64,000 nt of DNA from positions 49,330-113,329 of the forward strand of contig BTUM01000019.1 in NCBI GenBank assembly GCA_045863235.1. Reading direction: 5' to 3'. Both the position numbers and the translations under genes were made by a program. This document shows, piece by piece, positions 29,407 to 38,677 of this stretch. Source of the stretch: Candidatus Xenobia bacterium (GTDB lineage: Bacteria > Vulcanimicrobiota > Xenobia > Xenobiales > QWHO01). Position 1 is the first letter of the stretch. Each line of letters starts with the position of its first letter. Below the pieces are notes generated by a model. That model was not told the DNA's origin. It worked only from the letters and a program-made list of their open reading frames with translations, and made no database searches.

Positions 29407-29502
29407 GCGGCCGGACTTCTCAGACCCTGGGAGCAGCGCAGCCTGCTACTCAATCTGTTGAGCGCAGGACCTCTTCGAGGACTTTTGCATCACTCTGCTA
29501 GG
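29403..29502. repeat. Cluster of family 2 REP-like elements between convergent genes
   Basis: CTGAGCGGCC...GCGCAGCCTGCTAC (29403-29449) and TTGCATCACTCTGCTAGG (29485-29502); both match parts of the 8526-8579 and 38594-38677 elements. Confidence 0.55.
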
Positions 29503-29800
29503 CGGCAGGCGGGTTCTCGAGCCGTTCGAGCCGGCGATGAATGGCCTCGATCTCGCTTTCTCGGCGGGCCGATTCAGCCGCGATGAGCCCCCGCAGAAAG
29601 TCGGTCATCTCAAAGGAGCGCTGCTGATAGCTCTGCAGACCCCTGGCCAACTCCTGGTGGGAACGTTCCATTCTGAGCATCAGCTCACGAAGCAGGTCTC
29701 GGTGGTCTGTCAGAGCACCCATGACCAGACTAAAATCTTGAGCCTGGGCCTGACGGAGCTCTTCGATACGCTGATCCATCAACTCCAACCGGTATTCCAT
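29498..29800 (-). CDS. Hypothetical coiled-coil protein
   Basis: AGGAGG RBS before ATG 29800; heptad-like charged helix ending RLERLE. Confidence 0.65.
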   Translation of the reverse strand: MEYRLELMDQRIEELRQAQAQDFSLVMGALTDHRDLLRELMLRMERSHQELARGLQSYQQRSFEMTDFLRGLIAAESARRESEIEAIHRRLERLENPPAA

Positions 29801-29970
29801 GGAAGCAACCTCCTGAAAGCATTCTACCAACCACCACCAGGAGAGGAAAGAACTTCCTCTGACATTGTTGCCAGCTGTTACCGAGCCTTGAACTCAACTT
29901 TGCCGCACCGTGAACGAAAGATGAACACTCCTGAAGGAACCCGACCTTCAAACGCTAAAGGCGCAGGCCC

Positions 29971-30366
29971 ATGCTCACCCCTGTCAACCCGGACACCCTG
30001 GCCAAACCGCGCGGCTACTCCAACGGCCTGCTGGCCCCGGCAGGCTCGCGCCTGCTGTTCATCGCCGGCCAGGTCGGCTGGGACGCGCTGGGCCGCTTCG
30101 TCAGCACTGACTTTGCCGAGCAGTTCGACAAGGCGCTCGAGAACGTGCTCGAGGTCGTCAAGGCGGCAGGGGGAGGGCCCGAGAACCTGGCACGCCTGAC
30201 CCTCTACGTGCTCGACAAGGCCGAGTACAATGCGGCCACCAAACGGGTGGGCGAGTTCTACCGCGCCCGCATGGGGCGCCACTACCCCACCATGGCCCTG
30301 CTCGAGGTCAAAGGCCTGCTCGAGTCCGAGGCCCGGGTGGAGATCGAAGGGACCGCCGTGCTGTGA
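29971..30366 (+). CDS. RidA/YjgF family protein
   Basis: PRGYSNG, LFIAGQVG, VEIEG. Confidence 0.92.
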   Translation: MLTPVNPDTLAKPRGYSNGLLAPAGSRLLFIAGQVGWDALGRFVSTDFAEQFDKALENVLEVVKAAGGGPENLARLTLYVLDKAEYNAATKRVGEFYRARMGRHYPTMALLEVKGLLESEARVEIEGTAVL

Positions 30367-31154
30367 TCGCCCCCCAACACTTCCTCTATCAGCTCGAGGA
30401 GGGCGTTGCCACCCTCACCCTGAACCGACCCGACCGGCTCAACGCGCTGACTTTCGATGTCTACCGCGAGCTCAAGGAGGTCTTTCTGGCCCTGGATACC
30501 GAGCCGGGCGTGCGAGCCATCGTTCTTACCGGCGCGGGGCGCGCCTTCTGCTCGGGCGGGGACGTGGAGGACATCATCGGAGCCCTGTTCGCGCGTGACT
30601 TCGAAGGCTTGCTCGACTTCACCCGGGCAACCGGTGACCTGATCCTGGCCATGATCGAGTGCCGCCGTCCCATCGTGGGCGCCCTGAACGGCACCGTAGC
30701 CGGGGCTGGAGCGGTGATGGCCACGGCCTGCGACTTCCGGGTGGCCTCCGAAACCGCCAAGATCGCCTTCCTGTTCACCAAGGTCGGTCTTTCGGGCGCC
30801 GACATGGGAGCCACCTGGCTGCTCCCCCGTCTGGTCGGGCTGGGCCGGGCCAACGCCATGCTGATGACGGGAGACTTCACCAGCGCCCAGGAGGCCCTGG
30901 CCATCGGGCTCTACCACCAGGTGGTCAAGCCCGAGGAAACCCTGGCCGCGGCCACCGCTCTGGCTCGCAAGCTGGCGGCCGGACCGGCCTTCGGCCTGGA
31001 GATCACCAAGAAACTGCTCTACCGCGAAGCCCACATGGACCTGCGCTCGGCCATGGCCGCCGAGACCGAGATCCAGGCCGCCTGTATGCTGCACCCCGAC
31101 TTCCGCGAGGCCTACGAAGCCTTTACCTCCAAACGGAGCCCCGCCTTCCGGTGA
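30363..31154 (+). CDS. Enoyl-CoA hydratase/isomerase family protein
   Basis: TLNRPDRLNAL, AFCSGGD, GAGAVMATACDFR, GADMG. Confidence 0.93.
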   Translation: MIAPQHFLYQLEEGVATLTLNRPDRLNALTFDVYRELKEVFLALDTEPGVRAIVLTGAGRAFCSGGDVEDIIGALFARDFEGLLDFTRATGDLILAMIECRRPIVGALNGTVAGAGAVMATACDFRVASETAKIAFLFTKVGLSGADMGATWLLPRLVGLGRANAMLMTGDFTSAQEALAIGLYHQVVKPEETLAAATALARKLAAGPAFGLEITKKLLYREAHMDLRSAMAAETEIQAACMLHPDFREAYEAFTSKRSPAFR

Positions 31155-32308
31155 TCGACACCGGCGCCGTCGAGGTCTTCCTCACCGCCGAGCACCGCCA
31201 GGCGGCCGACCGCCTGGGCGCTTTCTGCCGGCAAGAGTTGGACCAGGTGGCCCCCGAAACCGACGCCCAGGCCCGCGAAACGGCCCGCCTGGTGCTGGGC
31301 AAGCTGGGCCAGGGCTGGCTGGCCACCGCCGTGCCGGCCCGATTTGCCCGGGCCGAGATGCCTCAGGACGCGCGCGGGCTCTGCCTGGTGCGCGAGAACC
31401 TTGGCTACAGCTCGCCGCTGGCTGACGCCGTATTCGCCCTGCAGGGGCTGGGCTCGACCCCCTTGGCACTGGCCGGAACCCCGGCCCAGCAGGAGCGCTG
31501 GCTTCCGGCCGTGGCCCGAGGCGAGGCCATGGCCGCCTTCGCCATGACCGAGCCCGAGGCCGGGTCGGACGTTGCTTCCATGCGCACCAGCGCCCGTCCC
31601 GAGGGAGACTCCTGGCTGCTCGAGGGCCACAAGACCTTCATCTCCAACGCCGGCATCGCCGACTTCTACGTGGTCTTCGCCCAGACCGACCCCGCCCTGG
31701 GCAGCCGGGGTATCGGCGCCTTCCTGGTCGAAAAGAACAATCCCGGTCTTCTATTCCTGGGGCCGCAGGTGATGAGCGCCCCGCACCCGCTGGGAAGTAT
31801 CGGCTTTGAAGCCTGTCGGGCCGAGCTGATCGCCCGCGAGGGCTTCAAGCTTGGCATGCGCACCCTGGACGCCCTGCGCGTCTCGGTGGCCGCCGCCGCC
31901 TGTGGAATGGCCGCCCGGGCTCTGCACGAGGCCCGTCGGCACGCCCTCAAGCGCCAGCAGTTCGGCAAGCCCCTGGCCGAGTTCCAGCTGATCCAGCAGA
32001 AGCTGGCCCAGATGGCCATCGGCCTGGACGCCTCCCGCCTGCTCACCTATCGGGCCGCCTGGCTCAAGGACCAGGGGCGCGAGCGGCTGACCAGCGAGGT
32101 GGCCATGGCCAAGGCTTTTGCCACCGAGACGGCCCAGCAGGTCATCGACGCCGCCATGCAGGTGTGCGGAGGGGTGGCCATGCTCAGCGACCATCCCGTG
32201 GAACGGCTCTATCGAGCCGTGCGGAGCCTGCGGATCTACGAGGGAACGACCGAGATCCAACACCTCATTCTGGCCCGGGAGCTGTGTAAAGATGTGGACC
32301 CCGCCTGA
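31151..32308 (+). CDS. Acyl-CoA dehydrogenase
   Basis: FAMTEPEAGSD, KTFISNAG, RQQFG, RIYEGTTEIQ; GTGA overlap with the upstream gene. Confidence 0.93.
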   Translation: MIDTGAVEVFLTAEHRQAADRLGAFCRQELDQVAPETDAQARETARLVLGKLGQGWLATAVPARFARAEMPQDARGLCLVRENLGYSSPLADAVFALQGLGSTPLALAGTPAQQERWLPAVARGEAMAAFAMTEPEAGSDVASMRTSARPEGDSWLLEGHKTFISNAGIADFYVVFAQTDPALGSRGIGAFLVEKNNPGLLFLGPQVMSAPHPLGSIGFEACRAELIAREGFKLGMRTLDALRVSVAAAACGMAARALHEARRHALKRQQFGKPLAEFQLIQQKLAQMAIGLDASRLLTYRAAWLKDQGRERLTSEVAMAKAFATETAQQVIDAAMQVCGGVAMLSDHPVERLYRAVRSLRIYEGTTEIQHLILARELCKDVDPA

Positions 32309-33737
32309 GCGCATCAAGCACGAGAAGCCCGAAGGCGGCTGGCCGGACGCCCGGACGGCCGCCTCAGCCCGGCTGTTTTCTCCCGTCCAGGTCGGCCCGA
32401 TCCAGCTCGAGCAGCGAACCTGGGTGCCGGCCATGGTTCCCTGGCGCGCCACCGAGGAAGGCTTCGTCACCCCCGACGTGGTCGACTGGTACGCTCGCTT
32501 CGCGGCTGGGCGGCCAGGGGCCCTGGTGGTGGAAGCCACCGGCGTGCGCGACATTCCCAGCGGACCGCTTCTACGCATAGGCCACGACCGCTTCCTGGAG
32601 GGCCTCAAAGAGCTGGTCCAGGCAGTGCGCGAAGCGAGCCAGGGTCACACCAGGCTCTTCATCCAGCTGATCGACTTTCTGTCCATCCGTCGCCGACCTG
32701 AGCCCGCCAAGTTTTTCGCCCGCTTCCTGGAGTTGACCGAGCGCCACCGCTCCCACTTCCCCGGTCTGAGCGACGAGGCCATCCGCGAGCATCTCGCCGC
32801 TCTTCCCGATCCTGAGCTCGACCGCTATCTCGACGAGCGCGAGTTGGAGTCGCTGCGCTTTGGCTGGCGCGAGCGCATCAGCGACCTGGACAAGCCCCAC
32901 ATCCTGGAGCTACCCCGGGTGCTGCCCGACATCTTCGCCCAGGCCGCCCGGCGGGCGCGGGAGGCCGGCTGTGACGGCATCGAGTTGCACTACGCCCACG
33001 CCTACACCATGGCCAGCTTCCTGTCAGGGCGAAACGATCGCCCGGATGGCTACGGCCAGACCCGCCAGGGCCGCATCCGCCTCCCCCTGGAAGTCTACCG
33101 GGCGGTGCGCCAGGCGGTGGGCTCCGACTTCGTGGTGGGCTGCCGCTATCTGGCTCACGAAGGCATCGAGGGCGGCTATGCGCTCGAGGATGCCGCCTTC
33201 TACGGCCAGGAGCTGGCCCGGGCCGGCATGGACTTTCTCTCGCTCTCGCGGGGGGGGAAGTTCGAGGACGCCAAGCAGCCCCCTGTGGGCTGGTCGGTCT
33301 ACCCCTACACCGGACCGAGCGGCTACGAGTGCATGCCCACTGTGCTCTCCGACCAGAAAGGGCCCTTCGGACGCAACGTGGAGAGCGCCCTCCCCATCCG
33401 TAAGGCGTTGCGCGACCAGGGGCTGGACACGCCGGTCGTGGTCACCGGGGGCATCTGCAGCTTCGCCCAGGCCGAAGGACTGCTCGGCGATGGTAGCGCC
33501 GACATCGTGGGGGCCGCCCGCCAGAGCCTGGCCGACCCCGACTGGTTCCGCAAGATGCAGCTCGGACGTGGCCAGGAAGTGCGCCGCTGCAAATACACCA
33601 ATTATTGCGAGGGGCTCGATCAGAAGCACAAGCAGGTGACCTGTCAGCTATGGGATCGCCTGGGTCTGGACGAGCCCGGCTTGAGACTGGCCCAGGACGG
33701 CAAGCGTCGCCTGACGGCCCCGAGGTGGACGCCATGA
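32292..33737 (+). CDS. NADH:flavin oxidoreductase (Old Yellow Enzyme family)
   Basis: LFSPVQVG, PAMV, VVEATGV, AGCDGIELHYAHAY..FLS, NDRPDGYG, ADIVGAARQSLADP. Confidence 0.9.
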   Translation: MWTPPERIKHEKPEGGWPDARTAASARLFSPVQVGPIQLEQRTWVPAMVPWRATEEGFVTPDVVDWYARFAAGRPGALVVEATGVRDIPSGPLLRIGHDRFLEGLKELVQAVREASQGHTRLFIQLIDFLSIRRRPEPAKFFARFLELTERHRSHFPGLSDEAIREHLAALPDPELDRYLDERELESLRFGWRERISDLDKPHILELPRVLPDIFAQAARRAREAGCDGIELHYAHAYTMASFLSGRNDRPDGYGQTRQGRIRLPLEVYRAVRQAVGSDFVVGCRYLAHEGIEGGYALEDAAFYGQELARAGMDFLSLSRGGKFEDAKQPPVGWSVYPYTGPSGYECMPTVLSDQKGPFGRNVESALPIRKALRDQGLDTPVVVTGGICSFAQAEGLLGDGSADIVGAARQSLADPDWFRKMQLGRGQEVRRCKYTNYCEGLDQKHKQVTCQLWDRLGLDEPGLRLAQDGKRRLTAPRWTP

Positions 33738-34855
33738 AGATCGTTGTCATCGGAGGGGGGCCATCCGGCCTCTACTTCGCCATCCTGATGCGCCGGCTGG
33801 GCCACGAGGTGGAAGTTTTCGAGCGCAATGCCAGGGATGCCACCTTCGGCTGGGGAGTGGTGTTCAGCGACCGAACCATGCGCTACCTGGCCGAGCCCGA
33901 TCCGGAGACCCACCGCCTCTTGCTCGAGCACCTGCGCACCTGGGAGAACGTGGACATCGTCCACCGGGGAGAGCTGATCTCGGTAGCTGGCAACCGCTTC
34001 TCGGGCATCGCCCGCATCGCCCTGCTGGAAGTCCTGCAAAAACGCGCCTCCGAGCTGGGGGTCGCGCTCCACTTCGAGCGCGAGGTGTCCGATCCGCTGG
34101 AGCTCTCGGCCGACCTGATCGTGGGGGCCGACGGGGTCAACAGCCTGGTGCGCGCCCGCCTGGCCGAGCATTTCGAGCCCTCCCTGGAACTGGGCAACAA
34201 CCGCTACATCTGGTACGGCACGGTCCAGCCCTTCGGGGGACTGACTCTGACCTTCCGACCCGGCCCCCTTGAAAATCTCTTCATGGCGCACAGCTACAAG
34301 TACAGCGGGGAGCTCAGCACCTTCATCGTGGAGGTGGACGAGCCCACCTGGCGCAACATCGAGCACCTGGACGAGCCTGATTCTCGCGACCTTCTCGAGC
34401 AGGTGTTCGCGGCCGACCTGGGCGGCCATCCGCTGTTGAGCAATTTCTCGCGCTGGATCCGCTTCACCGTGGTCAAGAATCGGCACTGGTTCCACCGCAA
34501 CGTGGTGCTGCTGGGAGATGCCCTGCACACGGCCCACTTCTCCATCGGCTCGGGCACGAAGCTGGCCCTGGAGGACTCGATCGCCCTGTGGGAGGCATTC
34601 CGCGCCCACCCTCGCGTGCAGGACGCCCTGCCCGCCTTTGAAGCCGCCCGACGACCTCAGGTGGAGGAGTACCAGGCCGTCTCCGAGCTGAGCCGGCACT
34701 GGTTCGAGAACGCCCGCCAATTGATGCACCTCGAGCCGCTGCCGTTCGCCTACGAGGCCATGACGCGCAGCTCGCGGGTGGACGACAATAGCCTGGCCCG
34801 CCGCGACCCGGCCTTCGTGGCCGCTTACCGCGAGTACCTGGCCCGGGGGGCCTGA
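33734..34855 (+). CDS. FAD-dependent monooxygenase resembling the N-terminal half of anthraniloyl-CoA monooxygenase / salicylyl-CoA 5-hydroxylase
   Basis: GGGPSGLYFA, TFGWGVVFSD, ADGVNS, GDALHTAHFSIGSGTKLALED, MTRS. Confidence 0.9.
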   Translation: MKIVVIGGGPSGLYFAILMRRLGHEVEVFERNARDATFGWGVVFSDRTMRYLAEPDPETHRLLLEHLRTWENVDIVHRGELISVAGNRFSGIARIALLEVLQKRASELGVALHFEREVSDPLELSADLIVGADGVNSLVRARLAEHFEPSLELGNNRYIWYGTVQPFGGLTLTFRPGPLENLFMAHSYKYSGELSTFIVEVDEPTWRNIEHLDEPDSRDLLEQVFAADLGGHPLLSNFSRWIRFTVVKNRHWFHRNVVLLGDALHTAHFSIGSGTKLALEDSIALWEAFRAHPRVQDALPAFEAARRPQVEEYQAVSELSRHWFENARQLMHLEPLPFAYEAMTRSSRVDDNSLARRDPAFVAAYREYLARGA

Positions 34856-35064
34856 CACCGTAGCCTGTGACTTCGTTGGCCGGCTGACGAGGTCAGCGGC
34901 TCGACCGTCTCAAGCGGCGCCGACGTTCCAGCTCCTGAAAGCAAGCCCTGGTTTCGGACTTATTCATACCGCCCATCCCCCGCTTGACCTCTCGATGGTG
35001 ATCGCCCTGAATCTCCAGGCTGCCAGACAAGACTTTGAGCCGGCCCGGTCTACAGAACGCGCAA

Positions 35065-35688
35065 TCAGTTCCGGCCGGAGGAGCGCAAGGCGGCGGCCAG
35101 ATAACGGCCAAGTTGCGCATGGGCAACCGGGTCGAGCTCGGGAATGACCAGTCGCGCGATCGAGCCGCGTGACTCCAGCACCACGGCCGAGAACGTCAGG
35201 GTCTGCTCGGGCAGATGCAGGTCCACTCCGATGGGATCGTTGCTGGCTGGCAGGGGGAGGGGCGTCTCGACTCGCAGGCCGCGCAAGCTGACATCGAGCA
35301 CCTTCAGGCTCTGCAGGCCGCAGCTGGCGGTCAGGTCGCAAGCCGACACACGCACATAACGGCGCCGCTCGAGCGAGAACAAGATGGCCTCCTGGCGCTC
35401 CACGCCGACCTGCTGACGACCTTCCGGCCCAGCCGCCGTCCACGCCACCCGACCCTCGAAGCTGAGATCCGGCTCCAGCGAGATGACCTCGAGCAAGCCG
35501 CCCACCTCGACCGGATGCTCGGAGTCGCACTCATAGCGCATGCCTCCGGGCGAGACATCCAGGCAGCGAGCCGGGCAGGTCGTTTCACCCGCCCTGACAG
35601 TCAGCTGCCGCTCGGCCGGACGCCGGGGGGCGGACCGCTTCTCCAACAGCAACTCCTGTTCGGGCCAGGGCAGGGATTCCTTAAGCAT
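35065..35688 (-). CDS. Tandem PilZ domain protein
   Basis: Two RxxxR + DxSxxG pairs (RSAPR/DVSPGG and RRYVR/DVSLRG); GGAGG RBS. Confidence 0.82.
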   Translation of the reverse strand: MLKESLPWPEQELLLEKRSAPRRPAERQLTVRAGETTCPARCLDVSPGGMRYECDSEHPVEVGGLLEVISLEPDLSFEGRVAWTAAGPEGRQQVGVERQEAILFSLERRRYVRVSACDLTASCGLQSLKVLDVSLRGLRVETPLPLPASNDPIGVDLHLPEQTLTFSAVVLESRGSIARLVIPELDPVAHAQLGRYLAAALRSSGRN

Positions 35689-35745
35689 GAGCAACCTCCG
35701 AATTGGCGCCGCTCCCTTCGGCTCACCCGCATGAGTTCCTTCCGC

Positions 35746-37317
35746 TCAAAGAGATTCGAGCGCGGCTCGCAGGGCAGAGACCGTGGGAGGATGCCGATCG
35801 CACAGGCTGCGAAACTCGTCCCGGTCAAGCAATCGCCGGCAGTGGACCTCAATCGCTACCGGGTAGAAAAGGGGCTCGCGATCCCTGGCAAACTCCACCT
35901 CAACACCCTCAGGGACAGCCGGAGGGCGAACATAGGAGACGTCCAGAGGTCGAAATGCGTAGCCCAGAACGGCCAGCACCTTCAGGCAGCGGCGCTGCTG
36001 GTCGAAGTAGAGCGGCACCAGGCAGCGCACGTCCTGGCCCACGTCCGGGTCACCGGCCAGGTTCTTCAGCCAGCTCTGGGCTACCCGGCGGTCGGCCACG
36101 GGCCATGGCAAGCCCACCTCGAAGGCCGACTGAGACGCGCAACCGCGAAACAAAGCCTCCATGAAGTCGAGCTCCGGGCCCAGGGGCATCTCGACCGGGC
36201 CCTGCCGGGTCTGACGAGCCATCAGAGCGGAGAGCGCCTGGCGTCCGAACGCCTCTCCCAACACCTGACGCGCGAAGGCATAGCTCTCGGCCCGACGCTG
36301 ATAATAGGTCACCAATGGCTCAAGACTGAGCGATGGACGCACCTGAGGCCTCTCCCGCCTGGCGGCACAACCCAGGCTGGGGAGCTCGAGCTGCTTGACG
36401 TGTGTTTCGCGAGTCATGGCCAGGACGGCCCGACACAGCTCGCGCAAGCAGGCCTGGTAACCTTCTCCTCGCTCCACCCGGGGGCTCTCCAGCGCCTGGT
36501 CGGGCTTCAGGAGGGGCTCGAGGCACCACTGCTGGTGGGCATACCAGCCATCCTCGGGACCTGGGACCAGGCTCAATTGGCCCTGCTCCACCCGCCGCAT
36601 CAGCTCGTCGATGAGGCCAAAGCCCTCTGGGATCGGTTCTCGCCCCAGCAACCGCCGGGCGAGGTCGGTCTCCAACGCCCGCGAGGGAGGAAAGACGGCC
36701 CAGTTCGCGCCCGGCCGCCCCAGGGCGGCGGGCTCTTGCACCAGGGGATTGGTCAGCCGGGCGGCCAGCCGCAGGTGGGCCTCGTAGACCTCTCGACCGG
36801 GGCCAAGGCTGTCGAGCAGGGCCTGAGCCCGACCAGACTCGAGGGGAGTTTGGAGAAACCGGTCACGGCGGAAGATGCCCACCAGCTCGGGGTTCCAGCA
36901 GTAGAACGCGAGTGGATGCGAGCGCTCGCGAGCGCCCAGGAACTCGGTCATGGCAGGAAGACCGATCTGCTCGACTTCGGGCGGGACAGATGGCTGCAAC
37001 CCCCGCAGTCGCAGGCTCACCCACAGATGAGAGGCGGCATCGTTCTTGGCCATCGAGCGCTCCAGCCAACCGGCCAGAAGCTCGTTCTTCCCCCTCAGAC
37101 GTCCCGCACCCCGGTCGGCAGCCAGTTCGACGGCCGCCATCAGACCGTCGTCGAAGGCCTTGGCTTTGGCTGCCAGCACTGCCGCGGAGACCATGTGGCC
37201 GTTTCCAGCCAGCTCGCTCAGGTCCGGAACGAGCTCAACCTCCTCCTCGCTCGACCCCTTGGCTACGGGAACCTCCAGGCGCAGGACCTGGCCGCTCCGA
37301 TCGATCTGAATCTCCAT
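35746..37317 (-). CDS. Hypothetical protein (about 520 aa)
   Basis: Long ORF with globular-protein composition; start uncertain (ORF opens at 37464); no family assigned. Confidence 0.7.
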   Translation of the reverse strand: MEIQIDRSGQVLRLEVPVAKGSSEEEVELVPDLSELAGNGHMVSAAVLAAKAKAFDDGLMAAVELAADRGAGRLRGKNELLAGWLERSMAKNDAASHLWVSLRLRGLQPSVPPEVEQIGLPAMTEFLGARERSHPLAFYCWNPELVGIFRRDRFLQTPLESGRAQALLDSLGPGREVYEAHLRLAARLTNPLVQEPAALGRPGANWAVFPPSRALETDLARRLLGREPIPEGFGLIDELMRRVEQGQLSLVPGPEDGWYAHQQWCLEPLLKPDQALESPRVERGEGYQACLRELCRAVLAMTRETHVKQLELPSLGCAARRERPQVRPSLSLEPLVTYYQRRAESYAFARQVLGEAFGRQALSALMARQTRQGPVEMPLGPELDFMEALFRGCASQSAFEVGLPWPVADRRVAQSWLKNLAGDPDVGQDVRCLVPLYFDQQRRCLKVLAVLGYAFRPLDVSYVRPPAVPEGVEVEFARDREPLFYPVAIEVHCRRLLDRDEFRSLCDRHPPTVSALRAALESL

Positions 37318-37393
37318 GGATGGCCGGTTCGTCTTGCGGGGGGGACCGGCCCTGCAGGGAAATTTCAGGCCCTCATGCTGACATGGACAGGTC

Positions 37394-38167
37394 ATGGTAA
37401 CTCCCAGCGGCGTGCGGTTCGAAGGTGGCGGCCAGAACTGGCGGGCCATCCTGCCTGCCGGCACCTACCTGCCCGAGCCCGTGGTGATCGAGCAGACTGA
37501 ACAGGGCTTGAGCGCCCACCTGCAAGCACCTCTGGACAAGAACTTCGTGTTCCCCTGCCGTCGCGAGCGCGACGGCAGCATCGCCATCGCGCTGCAATCG
37601 GACAGTCGGGCCGAGGCCGTCTTCCACCCCGATAGCCTGGAGTATGGGGTCCAGCTGGGCTCACACCGCGAGGGTTACCGCGCCGACGGGAGCTGGCTCT
37701 TCCAGTGCGCCAGCGGCGGCAAGGTCTACCGGGCAGAAGCCAGCCCGGGTGGAGAGGTAAGGGGCTCGCTGCTCCAGGGTGACTCGATTTTGCCCATGCA
37801 AGCCAACTTCGACGGCAAGCGTTTGCAGATCGGGCCCGACAAGACCCCCTTGCGCCAGCGAATTCAGGAGCAGGGCTTCTTCAGTGGCCTCTGGCTGGCC
37901 ATGCGCTGCGCCACCAGCCCTCAGCTCAACAGTTTCCTCTTCCGCGACTCCTGGAGACTGTTTCCCGCTCTCGAGCACCGGGCCGGTATCTTGCGCCAGG
38001 AGATGGAGCAGGGAGCCCAGAGCGTGCGCCAGCTGGTCTGCCCCCCGGAAAACTTCTCGGGAGTGAAAGAGACCGACCAGTCGGTCGCCATCGGGGGCGT
38101 GGTGCTGCGGCGGGTGGTGCGCACCGACCCCGAGCCGGCTACCCGGCAACTGGAAAATCATCCGTAA
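37394..38167 (+). CDS. Hypothetical protein with C-terminal IGGV motif
   Basis: Fills the gap after a GGACAGG RBS-like stretch; ends VKETDQSVAIGGVVLRR. Confidence 0.65.
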   Translation: MVTPSGVRFEGGGQNWRAILPAGTYLPEPVVIEQTEQGLSAHLQAPLDKNFVFPCRRERDGSIAIALQSDSRAEAVFHPDSLEYGVQLGSHREGYRADGSWLFQCASGGKVYRAEASPGGEVRGSLLQGDSILPMQANFDGKRLQIGPDKTPLRQRIQEQGFFSGLWLAMRCATSPQLNSFLFRDSWRLFPALEHRAGILRQEMEQGAQSVRQLVCPPENFSGVKETDQSVAIGGVVLRRVVRTDPEPATRQLENHP

Positions 38168-38186
38168 CATTGCTACAACCAAAGGC

Positions 38187-38597
38187 ATGAGGCAAAGCGA
38201 GTTCATCTCAGCTGACTCGGCCCGCCAGCAAGGTCTGCTCGAACGAGCCGGCCCCCCTCCGCCCGGGTTTCGAGCGGTGCTGGACAACAGTCTGGCCTAC
38301 TGGGAGCTCCGGCGCCTGGCCTACAACCTGGTGTTGACCGCTATCGTGCTGGGGGTCGACCTGCTTGGGACACCCGCCCGAGGGGAACTGCTCCGCTTCC
38401 AGTTGCTGCCGCTGGTTCTGCTGGCCGTCCTGGCGAACCTGTGCTACTCCACAGCCTATCTCCCCGACCTGGTGCTGCAGTACTCGTCCTATCGACCCCT
38501 CTGGCTGCGAGTCCGCCCTCTCCTGTTCAGCTTCGGACTGATTCTGGCCGGGGTGCTGGCCTTCAATTTAGCCACCGCAATGGTGCTCAGCAACTGA
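38187..38597 (+). CDS. Hypothetical membrane protein
   Basis: Three hydrophobic segments; YWELRRLAYN and LANLCYSTAY. Confidence 0.7.
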   Translation: MRQSEFISADSARQQGLLERAGPPPPGFRAVLDNSLAYWELRRLAYNLVLTAIVLGVDLLGTPARGELLRFQLLPLVLLAVLANLCYSTAYLPDLVLQYSSYRPLWLRVRPLLFSFGLILAGVLAFNLATAMVLSN

Positions 38598-38677
38598 GAG
38601 CGGCCCCGACCTCTCAGCGAAGCGCAGAGAACTTGTTCTGAGCGGCCCCAGGGCCCGACCTCCGCGCGCAGCTCTAC
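38594..38677. repeat. Two tandem family 2 REP-like elements between convergent genes
   Basis: GAGCGGCCCC and CCGACCTC each occur twice; the second copy CTGAGCGGCC...GCGCAGCTCTAC parallels 29403-29449. Confidence 0.5.

Noticed and set aside
35215..37500. 761-aa plus-strand ORF
   Set aside because: Overlaps two minus-strand genes, one with clear PilZ motifs; no recognisable domain.
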